A stretch of 64,000 nucleotides of DNA from Myxococcota bacterium (GCA_963676915.2 CAXXVK010000010.1:1-64000), one strand, 5' to 3'. Numbered from the stretch's first letter, positions 10,798 to 22,008 are shown. The notes: a model not told the origin generated them from the letters alone. A program made the numbers and translations.

Positions 10798-13452
10798 ATG
10801 AAAATCACTCGCCTTTTGTTTTCAATGACCGGGATTGTTCTTCTGGCCGCTTTTCTTGTCGCCTGTGACGACAGCGGCTCCGGAAATGTCACCGGGAGCG
10901 ATGAGGATGTAGAAACATCCGGAGACGTCGATTTGGACATGGACACGGAAGGCGATGTCGAAGAAGAGGAAGCGCCGCCTGTCATTGCGTTTTCCATCAC
11001 CGCAGATTCCCATTGCGTGCAGGTGGATGAAGGCGCCAGTGCATCGGAAACGACGGCAGCGGAAGAGTTACGCAGTACGCTTACCGAGATTTTGGGGTCC
11101 GAGCAGCCGTTCTGCGATGCGGATGAGGCATCGCAACGTGCGAAAATCATTGTAGGAATGGGCGCTTCCGCCGAGGCGGTGGAGGCGAAACCCTCGCTGG
11201 AAGAACTTGGCGAACAGGGGTATCTAATCCGTACGGTTCCACCGCATCTCGCGATTGCCGGAACGCCCGGAGCGGGAACGATGTACGGCGTGCATCGTTT
11301 TCTCGAAAGCGTCGCCGGGGTTCGCTGGTATGCTCCGGGTGTCACCCACATTCCATCGTTGACCGAAATCCCGGTGCCGGAAAGCGATGCCATCGTCAAG
11401 CCCGCGTTTCTCTGGCGCGATGTTTCGTACAACTGGCCCGGCGCGGACGAGGCGTTTCATACGCACATGACCGAGAATCGGGGCGACAATCTGCCGGAAG
11501 ATGAATACGGTCTGCAATATGCTTTCGATCGGACCTGCCATTCTTATTTTTCGTTCATCAGCCCGGACGAGTATTTCGACGAACATCCCGAGTATTTTTC
11601 GGAAATCGGCGGCAAACGGGTGCGCGATGAAACCCAACTCTGCCTGACCAATCCCGATGTACTGGATATCGTTACGGAAAAGATGCTCGCTCGTATGGAA
11701 AGCATGCCGCATGTGCGTCAACACAATTTCTCGCAGATGGACCACTACAACTATTGCGAATGCGACGCCTGCCGCGCCAAAAACGAGCAATACAAAACCT
11801 CGGGCGGCACGCAGTTCTGGTTCGTGAACGAGCTAGCCAAGCGTACCTCCGAAGTCTATCCCGACAAGCAGATCGGCACCCTGGCGTATATGTATACCGA
11901 GGAGCCGCCTCAAAACCTGGACATTCATCCCAACGTGGCGGTCTGGTTGTGCCACATGTTTCCGTCCTGCGACAGCCACCCCGTCGAAACCTGTCCGTTG
12001 AATGCGGAGTACAAGCGACGTGCCGAGACGTGGTCGCAGTTGACCGATCACCTGTATATCTGGCACTACATTACCGATTTCACTCATTATTACGTTCCGT
12101 TCCCCAACTTCGACGCCATAGCCGCCGACCTGCGTTTCTATCGTGATATCGGGGTGGAGGGTTTGTATCTGCAAGGTATGGGACATGGCGGCGGCGGTGG
12201 AGAATGGAGCCTGTTAAGGCCGTATTATGCGATGCACCTTTTGTGGAACCCCAATCTCAATCCCCAAAAACTGCGTCGGGATTTTCTGGAAGGCTATTAC
12301 GGAGATGCCGCCGAACCGCTGGAAAACTATATCGAAATGCTCCAGAGCAAGGTTCGTGACGAGGATATCCACATGCACCTGTATACCAATCCGGCGCAAG
12401 GCTACCTCACGGATCAAACGATGGCCGAGGCCGATGCGGCGTTCGACGAAGCCGAGGAACTTGTAAAAGACGACGAAGAGTTGCTGGAACGCGTGAAAGT
12501 GGCTCGTATGCCGCTGACGTACACCCGGATGTTCCCTTACAATGGCAACACGATCGAGGACGGGCATGTCAAGTGGCTGTCGGAGATTGCCGATTGGGGA
12601 GAGGTGCAGGAGTTTTTCGACCGGATGGAAGCCCACGACTTCCGCACCGTACGTGAACAATCGGGCGACCGGGCGAGCATGGAAATGCTGTACTTCCTGA
12701 TGGCGAGCGATCCGATCCTGCACACCATCGAAAACAGCCATCTGGCCATCGAAATCGCCCCGAACCTCGGAGCGCGCCTGCTGCGTATCATCCATAAAGA
12801 CAGCGGCGAATGCATCACCGCCTGGAATGTAAAACAAGGCTTGTTCTACCCCTTCAACGGTGGGTTGGACGATCGGGTCGGGGGAATCGTTCCCTTCGGA
12901 TGGGTGGAACCGGGCAGCATCCTGGAACAGGACGATACCTATTTCAAAACCAAGCAAAGCACGTTGAACGGCTACGACCTGATCCGGGAGGTCACCCTCG
13001 ACGACAACGAAGCCGCTTTTACGATTCGCACGACGGTATCGAATCCATCGGACAGCGACCTGCTTTGCCGGTACCGCGAGCATATCGAGTTCGACTTGGG
13101 AACCTTGCGCTCCACCCAGGTGTCTTTTACGGCGCGCTCAGGAGCCAAAGTCGATCAGGGAATGACGGAAGTGATTGATAATCTTAGAGAAGGTATTCAC
13201 TATCATGACCAGGACGTTCCCAACGGTTCGTGGACGTTTCGTGGAGACAAGGGGCTTGAAGTGGTCGAAAGCTTCGACGAAACCAATGTCGATTACGCCT
13301 GGATCTACTCGTTTCCGGAAAGCCTGAACGAGTTGGAAAGCGAAGTGGCGATCAAAGCGCAAACCCTGGCTCCCGGCGAAGGTGTCGTGTTCGAACGCCG
13401 TTTCGAGATTCGCCCGGACTCCCGAAAATCTCTTCCCGTTTCGCGGGATTGA
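10798..13452 (+). CDS. DUF4838-type lipoprotein (putative glycoside hydrolase-like) with C-terminal beta-sandwich
   Basis: Lipobox LVAC; GTMYGVHRFLE, HPEYFS, QLCLTNPDV, CECDAC and LAYMYTEEPP are typical of DUF4838 proteins. Confidence 0.8.
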   Translation: MKITRLLFSMTGIVLLAAFLVACDDSGSGNVTGSDEDVETSGDVDLDMDTEGDVEEEEAPPVIAFSITADSHCVQVDEGASASETTAAEELRSTLTEILGSEQPFCDADEASQRAKIIVGMGASAEAVEAKPSLEELGEQGYLIRTVPPHLAIAGTPGAGTMYGVHRFLESVAGVRWYAPGVTHIPSLTEIPVPESDAIVKPAFLWRDVSYNWPGADEAFHTHMTENRGDNLPEDEYGLQYAFDRTCHSYFSFISPDEYFDEHPEYFSEIGGKRVRDETQLCLTNPDVLDIVTEKMLARMESMPHVRQHNFSQMDHYNYCECDACRAKNEQYKTSGGTQFWFVNELAKRTSEVYPDKQIGTLAYMYTEEPPQNLDIHPNVAVWLCHMFPSCDSHPVETCPLNAEYKRRAETWSQLTDHLYIWHYITDFTHYYVPFPNFDAIAADLRFYRDIGVEGLYLQGMGHGGGGGEWSLLRPYYAMHLLWNPNLNPQKLRRDFLEGYYGDAAEPLENYIEMLQSKVRDEDIHMHLYTNPAQGYLTDQTMAEADAAFDEAEELVKDDEELLERVKVARMPLTYTRMFPYNGNTIEDGHVKWLSEIADWGEVQEFFDRMEAHDFRTVREQSGDRASMEMLYFLMASDPILHTIENSHLAIEIAPNLGARLLRIIHKDSGECITAWNVKQGLFYPFNGGLDDRVGGIVPFGWVEPGSILEQDDTYFKTKQSTLNGYDLIREVTLDDNEAAFTIRTTVSNPSDSDLLCRYREHIEFDLGTLRSTQVSFTARSGAKVDQGMTEVIDNLREGIHYHDQDVPNGSWTFRGDKGLEVVESFDETNVDYAWIYSFPESLNELESEVAIKAQTLAPGEGVVFERRFEIRPDSRKSLPVSRD

Positions 13453-13777
13453 ACAAGCTCACTCGCTGGAAAAAGTCGCTCGTTTCAAAGCAGCCGATGC
13501 CTTTCGAATCGATGCAGATCGCTGTCTGAAAAGGCGTCACAATGTTCCCGATTTTCCGCACATTGTGACGCGAATCCGCACAAAATCCCCCTTGAGACGA
13601 GCCTATATGCCGTAGATATGACGGTATAATGTTAGGTGGTCTTATCTCATTAAAAACAACGAAAAAGTGTTCATTGTTGTCAATGGGTGAGGATTGAAAT
13701 TCCGATTCATCTGCGGGTTTTGCTACCTGCTTTCTAAAAAAAATTCTCTATAATGTGAAATAACCTTAATAAAGTTA

Positions 13778-13805
13778 TTGACACCTAAAAAAACATGGTT
13801 ATACT
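13778..13805 (+). promoter_or_regulatory. Sigma70-like promoter
   Basis: TTGACA-N16-TATACT in an AT-rich region ~220 bp upstream of the 14025 ORF; the spacer contains an A7 run. Confidence 0.55.
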
Positions 13806-14024
13806 TACAATTATCCTTCGCAATAGTTGGATTTAGAATTGGTTGAATCCATTTATGCAAACGGATTGGTGAAACAAGTATTCCCGCTGCTTTAAACGAA
13901 ATTGATTTGTACTTCGGGGGTTGAGTCGGGTTCTTTAAAGAATCGTGAATCGGTTTCATTCGTGCAGGCGAATGACTCGGGTGAAAAACCCGGAATGTAA
14001 AACAAACATACTTAGGAGAATATC

Positions 14025-14858
14025 ATGTCGCGCAAATTTGTACTCGGAATCGTTTTCATGTCGCTATTTGCCGTATCCATTACTGGGGTACAGGCCAAAA
14101 ACGCCAATGCTGAGAAAGTCGATATCTGCCATTACACCGGTGATGGCGATTGGCACATCATCAATGTTAGTGAAAATGCGGTGGATGCTCATTTCGCCAA
14201 TCATGGCGATGCCTTTCCCGGCGAGTTTTATTTCGACGGTGATGGTGACGGCTACGGCGATGCCAATGGGGATTTCATTGTCTGTCCCGAGCCGGGCTAT
14301 GTCGCTAACAATTTGGATTGCAACGACGAAGACGCCACCATCTTCCCCAACGGAGAGTATTATCCCGACACCGACGGTGACGGCTTCGGCGACGCCAGTG
14401 GCGAATGGGTAGATTGTCTCGTGCCCGGCTACGTTGACGACGCTACCGATTGCGATGATACCGACGGCACGGTTTTCCCGGGAGCCGAGGACATTTGCGA
14501 TGATGGCATCGACAACAACTGCGATGGTGAGGTCGATGAAGGCTGCGTTGCCGAGTGTGGCGAAGAAGTCCAGGCAGAAAATACACGCTATGCGTCTAGC
14601 ACGAACGACTTTTGGGGGTACCTCATTTCGGACAACGATGCTTACTGGCAGTGTCGAATCTCGGGAGTTTGTGAATTCGGTTGCGTGGAAGTCTACACCA
14701 ACTATCAGAATGGTTGGAGCAACTGCACTTATGATGAAGCCAGCCAACAAGTGACTTGTCAGGCTTTTTGCATCTGCCCCGAAGTCACCGAATATCAACA
14801 ATACCAAGACGCCACCGTTGAAGAAGAAGGGGAGTTCGACGAGGAAGAAGAACAATAG
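14025..14858 (+). CDS. Secreted Cys/Asp-rich protein with putative metal-binding (MopE-like, PF11617-type) repeats
   Basis: AGGAG RBS; signal peptide ending VQA; repeats YFDGDGDGYGD, DCNDEDATIFP, DCDDTDGTVFPGAEDICDDGIDNNCDG. Confidence 0.8.
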   Translation: MSRKFVLGIVFMSLFAVSITGVQAKNANAEKVDICHYTGDGDWHIINVSENAVDAHFANHGDAFPGEFYFDGDGDGYGDANGDFIVCPEPGYVANNLDCNDEDATIFPNGEYYPDTDGDGFGDASGEWVDCLVPGYVDDATDCDDTDGTVFPGAEDICDDGIDNNCDGEVDEGCVAECGEEVQAENTRYASSTNDFWGYLISDNDAYWQCRISGVCEFGCVEVYTNYQNGWSNCTYDEASQQVTCQAFCICPEVTEYQQYQDATVEEEGEFDEEEEQ

Positions 14859-14921
14859 ATCGAAGAGAAGATGGTACATGAGGCTTCTTTAAGCTTCATC
14901 GCACAATACATAAAGGACTCT

Positions 14922-14951
14922 AAGGAGCGCGGTTCGCCGCGCTCCTTTTTT
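14922..14951 (+). terminator. Rho-independent terminator
   Basis: AAGGAGCGCGG-TTCG-CCGCGCTCCTT followed by a T-run. Confidence 0.85.
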
Positions 14952-14983
14952 GTGAGAAAGATGTAAATGTCTCGATGAAACGC

Positions 14984-15039
14984 TTGACAGAAACCACACG
15001 GAGATGGTACTGTGATTGCCAGTTAACGTCCACTGGCAA
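14984..15039 (+). promoter_or_regulatory. Promoter and candidate operator of the MerR/acyl-CoA cluster
   Basis: TTGACA-N18-TACTGT with TG extension, followed by the palindrome TTGCCAGT-N8-ACTGGCAA (15016-15039). Confidence 0.55.
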
Positions 15040-15051
15040 ACTTAAGCGTAA

Positions 15052-15447
15052 ATGACTGATATTAATCAAGATATCAAGCTTTCTATCGGAGATGCCGCCG
15101 AGCGGTTGGGAATCTCTCCCCGAACGATTCGTTACTGGGAGGAGAAGGGACTGCTCGATCGTCCCAGGCGCAACGGCGTACGTCGAGTGTATTCAATGGA
15201 TGACTTGCGGAAGATGAAGTTCATCCAGCGATTGAAACTCCTCGGCTTGACGCTGGCCGAAATCCAGGACTTGGGACGGGTTTACAAAATCAAACGATCC
15301 AACGACCAGATGTTGGAACGACTCACCGAATTGCTGACCAGTCACCGACAGCATATCAATGAAAATATTCAGTCCCTTTTGGCACTGAAAAAAGATGTCG
15401 AGGATTATCTCGTCCGAATCGAAAACAAACTGAAATCGAAACGTTAA
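15052..15447 (+). CDS. MerR-family transcriptional regulator
   Basis: SIGDAAERLGISPRTIRYWEEKGLL...R...RRVY...LGLTLAEI; its stop codon overlaps the thiolase start. Confidence 0.92.
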   Translation: MTDINQDIKLSIGDAAERLGISPRTIRYWEEKGLLDRPRRNGVRRVYSMDDLRKMKFIQRLKLLGLTLAEIQDLGRVYKIKRSNDQMLERLTELLTSHRQHINENIQSLLALKKDVEDYLVRIENKLKSKR

Positions 15448-16655
15448 TGGAGAAACAGGAGAAAGAAATCATGAAAGATGTCGTCATCGTTTCCGCTGCC
15501 AGAACCCCGGTTGGAGCTTTTCAGGGCGCCTTGTCCACAACTCCGGCGTACAAACTCGGCGCAGCGGCGATCAAAGCTGCCGTCGAAAGGGCAGGGATCA
15601 AACCCGAGCTGGTGGATCATGTCATTTTTGGGAACGTTTTGATGGCGGCCCAAGGGCAGGCTCCCGCTCGTCAGGCGACATTGGAAGCGGGTCTTCCGGA
15701 TAGTGCCACCACGCTGACGGTCAACAAGGTCTGCGGTTCGGGATTGAAAACCGTACATCTGGCCGCCCAGGCGGTAATGTGCGGAGACGCCGAAATCGTC
15801 GTGGCCGGTGGTATGGAGAACATGTCGATGGCTCCCTACGCTATGCCTCGCGCACGATCCGGTTTGCGGATGAACACGGCCAAAGGCGATCTGCTGGACC
15901 TGATGGTGCACGATGGTCTGTGGGACCCCCAGAACGACCAGCACATGGGTAGCGCGGCGGACCTCTGCTCGAAGGAAAAGGATCTCCCCCGCGAGGCGAT
16001 GGACGACTTCGCCGCCGAATCCTACCGCCGTTCCCAGAAAGCCGTTGCGGACGGTCTGTTCAAAGAAGAAATCGTGCCGGTGGAAGTCAAAGGCCGCAAA
16101 GGCAAAGTCACCGTCGTGGACACCGACGAAGGCCCGGCGATGGTCAAATTCGAGAAAATTCCGCAGCTTCGGCCCGCTTTCAACAAAGACGGCACCGTAA
16201 CCGCCGCCAACGCCAGTTCCATTAACGATGGTGCCGCCGCCGTGGTGGTGATGAGTGCGGACAAGGCCAAAGAACTCGGCCTGAAGCCGATGGCCCGTTT
16301 CGTGTCGTATGCCGAAGGCGCGACCGAGTGGAAGTGGTTCACCATCGCCCCGCCGATCAGTATGCACAAAGCGCTGGAAAAAGCCGAAATGAAGATCGAG
16401 GACATCGACCTGTTCGAAATCAATGAAGCTTTCGCCTGCGTGACGATGTACGCCATGCGAGAATTCGGCCTGGACAACTCCAAGGTGAACGTACGCGGTG
16501 GCGCGATTGCCATTGGCCACCCGATCGGCGCAAGCGGAGCACGATTGCTCGTGACCCTGTTGCACGCGATGAAAGATCGTGGCGACAAGACCGGCCTCGT
16601 TTCGCTGTGCATCGGTGGTGGTGAAGGCAACACCATGATCGTCGAAGCGCTCTAG
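15447..16655 (+). CDS. Acetyl-CoA C-acetyltransferase (thiolase)
   Basis: VNKVCGSG, NEAF, GHPIGASG and SLCIGGG: all catalytic motifs intact. Alternative start at 15471. Confidence 0.95.
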   Translation: MEKQEKEIMKDVVIVSAARTPVGAFQGALSTTPAYKLGAAAIKAAVERAGIKPELVDHVIFGNVLMAAQGQAPARQATLEAGLPDSATTLTVNKVCGSGLKTVHLAAQAVMCGDAEIVVAGGMENMSMAPYAMPRARSGLRMNTAKGDLLDLMVHDGLWDPQNDQHMGSAADLCSKEKDLPREAMDDFAAESYRRSQKAVADGLFKEEIVPVEVKGRKGKVTVVDTDEGPAMVKFEKIPQLRPAFNKDGTVTAANASSINDGAAAVVVMSADKAKELGLKPMARFVSYAEGATEWKWFTIAPPISMHKALEKAEMKIEDIDLFEINEAFACVTMYAMREFGLDNSKVNVRGGAIAIGHPIGASGARLLVTLLHAMKDRGDKTGLVSLCIGGGEGNTMIVEAL

Positions 16656-16661
16656 TTTTTC

Positions 16662-16695
16662 ACGGCCCGCCGGTTTTTTCCGGCGGGCCGTTTTC
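16662..16695 (+). terminator. Hairpin/terminator after thiolase
   Basis: ACGGCCCGCCGG-TTTTTT-CCGGCGGGCCGT followed by TTT. Confidence 0.65.
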
Positions 16696-16950
16696 CTGTT
16701 CTTTGTTGTTTTTGTGAGGTTTTTAGGGCGAATACGATTGGTGAATAAATCACCCGACCAACGATTGTTTTTGCGGTTGCCTGTGATGAAAAAAGTTTTT
16801 AGGTATAAAGCGTAGCCCGGGAAACCGGGTACTAACTTCGACAATTTGTTTTTCGATTCGAACGGTCTGCGACGTATCGGTTGTAAGAACGTGGCGGTGT
16901 TGTCGGGACTTTTTTCAGCCGTTCGAAATGTGACAACGCGGGAGGACGCG

Positions 16951-17799
16951 ATGCAGAAAATCGGTGTGGTCGGTTCAGGTCAGATGGGAAATGGAATCGC
17001 TCAGGTATCGGCCATGGCGGGCCTGGATGTCGTCATGCTGGATATCCGGCAGGAATTCGTCGACCGAGGGCTGGCGACGATCGGCAAGAGCCTGGATCGT
17101 CTGTTGAAAAAAGAAAAAATCAGCGAAGCGGACAAAACCGCTGTGCTGGGACGCATTCAAGGCACGCTCGACTACGGCGATTTCGCCGATTGCGACATCG
17201 TGGTGGAAGCTGCGACCGAACGCGAAGACCTCAAACGCGACATCTTCGTAAAACTCGACGAGATCTGCAAGCCGGAAGCGATTCTGGCCACCAATACGTC
17301 TTCGATCTCCATCACCTGGATTTCTGCGGTCACCAAGCGCCCCGAACAGGTGATCGGAATGCATTTCATGAATCCCGTTCCGTTGATGAAGCTCGTTGAA
17401 ATCATCGATGGTCTGGCCACCTCGACGGCGACCCACGAAGCTACCGTCGCCCTGGCTGAAAAAATGGGGAAAACCTGCGCCATCGCTCAGGATTATCCGG
17501 GATTTATCGCCAATCGCATCCTGATGCCGATGATCAACGAAGCCGTGTACTGCCTGATGGAAGGCGTCGGCGAACGGGATGCCATCGATACCACCATGAA
17601 ACTCGGTATGAACCACCCCATGGGACCGCTGGCCTTGGCGGACCTCGTTGGCCTGGATACCGTGTTGGCGATTTTGGAAGTGCTGCACAAGGGTTTGGGC
17701 GACAGCAAATATCGTCCCTGCCCGTTGCTGAGAAAATATGTGGATGCCGGTTTCCTCGGTCGAAAAACGGGCCGGGGATTTTACAACTACTCGAAGTGA
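16951..17799 (+). CDS. hbd: 3-hydroxybutyryl-CoA dehydrogenase
   Basis: GGAGG RBS; [38 protein letters not shown]. Confidence 0.93.
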   Translation: MQKIGVVGSGQMGNGIAQVSAMAGLDVVMLDIRQEFVDRGLATIGKSLDRLLKKEKISEADKTAVLGRIQGTLDYGDFADCDIVVEAATEREDLKRDIFVKLDEICKPEAILATNTSSISITWISAVTKRPEQVIGMHFMNPVPLMKLVEIIDGLATSTATHEATVALAEKMGKTCAIAQDYPGFIANRILMPMINEAVYCLMEGVGERDAIDTTMKLGMNHPMGPLALADLVGLDTVLAILEVLHKGLGDSKYRPCPLLRKYVDAGFLGRKTGRGFYNYSK

Positions 17800-17829
17800 A
17801 CGCGAACCCGAACCAAACAGGAGTGAACC

Positions 17830-18675
17830 ATGAGCTACAACTACGTAATCCTTGAAAAAACAGCACCGGTCGCGAAACTGACGATCAACCGTCCCCGCGC
17901 ACTGAACGCCCTCAATTCGGACGTGCTGGCCGATATCAAAGCCGCCGTCGAGGAATTGCAGACGGTACAGGGCGTCGGTACGTTGATCATTACCGGAGCC
18001 AAGCACGAACTGACCGAAGAAGACATTCAGAAGGCCGAAGCCAAAGGGAAAAAAGCTCGACCTTTGCCGCCGTCGTTCGTTGCCGGTGCGGATATCAAAA
18101 CCATGCCCACGCTGACCTTGGACCAGGCTCGCGCTTTTGCCGAGCAGGGTCACGAAGTGATGCGGATGCTCGAAGAGCTGCCCTACCCGGTCATCGCCGC
18201 CGTGGACGGTTTCGCCCTAGGCGGAGGCTGCGAACTGGCGCTGAGTTGCGACATGATTTACGCCTCCGACCGCTCTTTGTTCGGACAGCCGGAAGTCAAC
18301 CTGGGAATCATCCCCGGATTCGGCGGAACACAGCGACTGGCGCGGCTGGTGAATCGCAACATCGCCAAAGAGTTGATCTACACCGGCGACCACATCGACG
18401 CCGCCGAAGCGCTGCGCATCGGTCTGGTCAACAAGGTCTTTCCCGCCGACGAACTGATGGCGAACGTCGAAAAGCTGGCGAAAAAGATCTGCTCCAAAGG
18501 ACCGTTGGCGGTCAAATACTCGAAATACTCCATCAATGACGGAATGGACAAACCGCTCGTCGAAGCCAATCGGCAGGAAGTCGATTACTTCGTCCAGTCG
18601 GTGGATACCGAAGATCGCGTGGAAGGAACCACCGCGTTCATCGAAAAACGCAAACCCGAATTCAAAGGTAAATAA
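17830..18675 (+). CDS. crt: Enoyl-CoA hydratase (crotonase)
   Basis: NRPRALNALN, FVAGADI, ALGGGCEL, PEVNLGIIPGFGGTQRL. Confidence 0.9.
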   Translation: MSYNYVILEKTAPVAKLTINRPRALNALNSDVLADIKAAVEELQTVQGVGTLIITGAKHELTEEDIQKAEAKGKKARPLPPSFVAGADIKTMPTLTLDQARAFAEQGHEVMRMLEELPYPVIAAVDGFALGGGCELALSCDMIYASDRSLFGQPEVNLGIIPGFGGTQRLARLVNRNIAKELIYTGDHIDAAEALRIGLVNKVFPADELMANVEKLAKKICSKGPLAVKYSKYSINDGMDKPLVEANRQEVDYFVQSVDTEDRVEGTTAFIEKRKPEFKGK

Positions 18676-18713
18676 TCGTACCGAAAAGGTCGATTTCACC
18701 TCAAGGAGTCGCC

Positions 18714-19856
18714 ATGTTCGAACCGAACGAACAACAACAGATGATCCGTGACGAAGTGCGCCATTTCGCCCGCGGCGTGCTTGCCCCACGGGCGGCATAC
18801 CGAGACGAAAATCACCTGTTTCCCGTCGAGGAATATCAGGAGATGGCAACGCTCGGATTGCTGGCGATGAACGTTTCGGAGGAACTCGGCGGCTCCGACG
18901 TGGGCGTCGTCGCCTACGCCATGGCCGTGCAGGAAGTGGCGTATGCGGATGCCTCGGTGGCGGTCGGCCTGTCGGTGACGAACATGGTCGCCGAGGTATT
19001 GGTCAAGTTCGCCAAGCCCGAGGTTGCCGCGCTCTACGTGCCGAAAATCGCCTCCGGCGAATACCCCGCCGGAAGTTTCGCGTTGTCGGAAGAATCCGCC
19101 GGGTCCGATCCGGGCGGCATGAAAACCCGCGCCGTGAAGAAAGGCGACCGCTGGGTATTGAACGGCACGAAACTGTGGATCACCTCGGCCACCCATGCTG
19201 GTGTGTTCGTGGTCTGGGCACGAACCGAGCCGGATATCAAAGGTCCGGGTGGGCTGTCTGCGTTCGTCGTTCCGGCGGATGCTCCCGGTTTGACCGTAGG
19301 AAAAGCCGAACGAAAACTGGGACTTCTGGGATCGAGCACCTGCGAGCTTGTATTCGAGGACTGCGAGATTCCCGAAGATCACCTGCTGTACAAACGAGGC
19401 AAAGGATTTCGCGTGGCGATGATGGCGCTCGACGGTGGCCGGATCGGTATCGGAAGCCAGGCTTGGGGCATCGGCTGTGCGGCGCTCGACGCTGCGAAAG
19501 AGCACGTCAAGCAGCGCAAGCAATTCAATCAAGCGCTGGCGGATTTTCAAGGCACGCAATTCAAGATTTCCCAACTCGCCACCGAGCGCGACGCAGCATG
19601 GCTGCTGATCATGCGGGCGGCGGCGCTGAAGGAAGAGGGACGTCCGTTCACGCGGGAAGCCTCCATGGCCAAACTCTACGCAAGCGAATGGGCCAACCGC
19701 GCCTGTGGGGAATCGATCCAGATGCACGGCGGTATCGGATACACCAAGGAACTGCCGGTCGAGCGCTATTTCCGGGATGCCCGGGTCACGACGATTTACG
19801 AAGGCACGAGCGAGATCCAACGGATCGTCATCGCTCGTGAGGAACTTAAAGACTGA
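18714..19856 (+). CDS. Acyl-CoA dehydrogenase (short/branched chain)
   Basis: [39 protein letters not shown]. Confidence 0.93.
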   Translation: MFEPNEQQQMIRDEVRHFARGVLAPRAAYRDENHLFPVEEYQEMATLGLLAMNVSEELGGSDVGVVAYAMAVQEVAYADASVAVGLSVTNMVAEVLVKFAKPEVAALYVPKIASGEYPAGSFALSEESAGSDPGGMKTRAVKKGDRWVLNGTKLWITSATHAGVFVVWARTEPDIKGPGGLSAFVVPADAPGLTVGKAERKLGLLGSSTCELVFEDCEIPEDHLLYKRGKGFRVAMMALDGGRIGIGSQAWGIGCAALDAAKEHVKQRKQFNQALADFQGTQFKISQLATERDAAWLLIMRAAALKEEGRPFTREASMAKLYASEWANRACGESIQMHGGIGYTKELPVERYFRDARVTTIYEGTSEIQRIVIAREELKD

Positions 19857-19879
19857 ACCTGGAAACGTGGAGCCGAATC

Positions 19880-21568
19880 ATGGCGAAACTGATCGACGAA
19901 AACGCCCTTAGAGAAATCATCGAGCAAAAAGAATCCTGGACATCGGGCGAGTTGGCGAAGGTACTATCGCGCTTTCCCGAAATGGACAAGCGATTCAGCA
20001 CCATTTCGGATATGGAGATCAAAAATCTCTATACTCCCGACGATGTTGGTGAACTGGATTACAACCGCGACCTGGGCAACCCCGGTCAATATCCGTTCAC
20101 GCGGGGCGTTCAGCCGACCATGTACCGAGGACGGTACTGGACGATGCGCCAGTTCGCCGGATTCGGCACGCCGGAGGACACCAACAAGCGTTTCCATTTC
20201 CTGCTCAACCACGGCGAAACCGGGCTGTCCACCGCTTTCGATTATCCCACCCTGATGGGTTACGACTCCGACTCCGAGCGCTCCCACGGCGAGATCGGCA
20301 AATGCGGCGTGGCCATCGATTCGGTGCGTGATATGGAAGTGCTGTTTGACGGCATTCCGCTGGATAAAGTCACCACGTCGATGACGATCAACCCGCCGGC
20401 GTCGATCCTGCTGGCCATGTATCTCGTGGTTGCGGAAAAACAGGGGATACCCTACAGCAAACTCGGCGGTACGAGCCAGAACGATATTCTGAAAGAATAC
20501 ATTGCGCAGAAGTCGTGGATTTTCCCGCCGCGTCCTTCGATGCGACTGATTACCGACATGATCGAGTTCTGTACCGAAAACGTGCCGAAATGGAACACGA
20601 TTTCGATCTCCGGCTACCACATCCGCGAAGCCGGTTCCACAGCGGTGCAGGAGTTGGCGTTCACGCTGGCGGACGGCATCGGCTACGTGCAAGCCTGCGT
20701 GGATCGAGGCATGGACGTGGATGCTTTCGCCGGTCGGCTGTCGTACTTCTTCAACGCCCATTCCGATTTCTTCGAGGAAGTCGCGAAATACCGAGCCGCC
20801 CGCCGCATGTGGGCGAAAATCATGAAAGAGCGTTTCGGTGCGAAAAATCCCCGCTCCTGGATGCTGCGTTTCCATACACAGACGGCGGGTTGTTCCCTGA
20901 CGGCCCAGCAGCCATACAACAACGTCGTTCGGACGACCATTCAGGCTATGGCCGCCGTGATGGGCGGAACGCAATCGCTGCACACGAATTCGCTGGACGA
21001 AACCCTTTCCCTGCCGACGGAAGCCGCCGTCACCATCGCCTTGCGCACCCAGCAGATCATTGCCGAAGAATCCGGCATCACCAACACCATCGATCCGCTG
21101 GGCGGGAGCTATTTCGTCGAGGCGATGACGAACCGCATGGAGAAGGAAGCCTTCGAATACATTCATAAAATCGACGAAATGGGCGGCATCATTCCCGCGA
21201 TCGAACGCGGTTTTCCCCAAAAAGAAATCGCGGACGCCGCCTACCATTACAACAAACAGACCGAAGCGACGGAAAAAACCGTCGTGGGTGTCAACAAATA
21301 TCAGATGAAAGAAGAAAGCCGTATCCCGATTCTCTACATCGACGAGGAAGCCGAGCGCCGTCAGGTCGCCGCCTTGAAAAAGGTCAAGACCGAACGGGAC
21401 AACGAGAAAGTAGCAAAGCACCTCGAAACGTTGCGCAACGTTGCCGAAAGCGGGGACAACACTTTTCCCCACATTCTCAACGCCGTACGCGACTACGTGA
21501 CCGAACAGGAAATCTGCGACGCCTTCCGGCAGGTTTTCGGAGAATACCAGGACCCGGCCTACATTTAG
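19880..21568 (+). CDS. icmA: B12-dependent acyl-CoA mutase large subunit, isobutyryl-CoA mutase type
   Basis: [43 protein letters not shown]. Phe/Gln occupy the MCM Tyr89/Arg207 positions. Confidence 0.88.
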   Translation: MAKLIDENALREIIEQKESWTSGELAKVLSRFPEMDKRFSTISDMEIKNLYTPDDVGELDYNRDLGNPGQYPFTRGVQPTMYRGRYWTMRQFAGFGTPEDTNKRFHFLLNHGETGLSTAFDYPTLMGYDSDSERSHGEIGKCGVAIDSVRDMEVLFDGIPLDKVTTSMTINPPASILLAMYLVVAEKQGIPYSKLGGTSQNDILKEYIAQKSWIFPPRPSMRLITDMIEFCTENVPKWNTISISGYHIREAGSTAVQELAFTLADGIGYVQACVDRGMDVDAFAGRLSYFFNAHSDFFEEVAKYRAARRMWAKIMKERFGAKNPRSWMLRFHTQTAGCSLTAQQPYNNVVRTTIQAMAAVMGGTQSLHTNSLDETLSLPTEAAVTIALRTQQIIAEESGITNTIDPLGGSYFVEAMTNRMEKEAFEYIHKIDEMGGIIPAIERGFPQKEIADAAYHYNKQTEATEKTVVGVNKYQMKEESRIPILYIDEEAERRQVAALKKVKTERDNEKVAKHLETLRNVAESGDNTFPHILNAVRDYVTEQEICDAFRQVFGEYQDPAYI

Positions 21569-21582
21569 AGAGGAAATAAGCC

Positions 21583-22008
21583 ATGAACCAGGGAAAAATA
21601 CGAGTGATGGTTGCCAAGCCGGGCTTGGACGGACACGACCGGGGCGCGAAAATCGTCGCCCGTGCGTTGCGGGACGCCGGAATCGAAGTGATTTACACCG
21701 GTCTGCACCAGACGCCGGAGATGATCGTCAACGCGGCGATCCAGGAAGATGTCGATTTCGTTGGGCTTTCGGTGATGTCCGGCGCCCATCGGGTGTTGTT
21801 CCAAAAAGTCAGTGAATTACTGAAACAGCGCGGAGCGACTGACATTCTTCTGTTCGGTGGCGGCATCATTCCTGACGAAGATATCGAATTTCTCGAAAGT
21901 CTTGGCGTGAACGGGATTTTCCGTCCCGGTACGCCGACGGACGAGATTGTCAAATTTGTGCGCGAAAACGCGAAGACGAAAATGGCGGCTCTGGACGCGC
22001 AATTGTAA
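21583..22008 (+). CDS. icmB: Cobalamin-binding small subunit of the acyl-CoA mutase
   Basis: [11 protein letters not shown] (DxHxxG), [14 protein letters not shown]. Confidence 0.9.
   Translation: MNQGKIRVMVAKPGLDGHDRGAKIVARALRDAGIEVIYTGLHQTPEMIVNAAIQEDVDFVGLSVMSGAHRVLFQKVSELLKQRGATDILLFGGGIIPDEDIEFLESLGVNGIFRPGTPTDEIVKFVRENAKTKMAALDAQL

Noticed and set aside
13723-13959. 78-aa AT-rich minus-strand ORF
   Set aside because: It overlaps a plus-strand promoter, has atypical codon usage and shows no motif.
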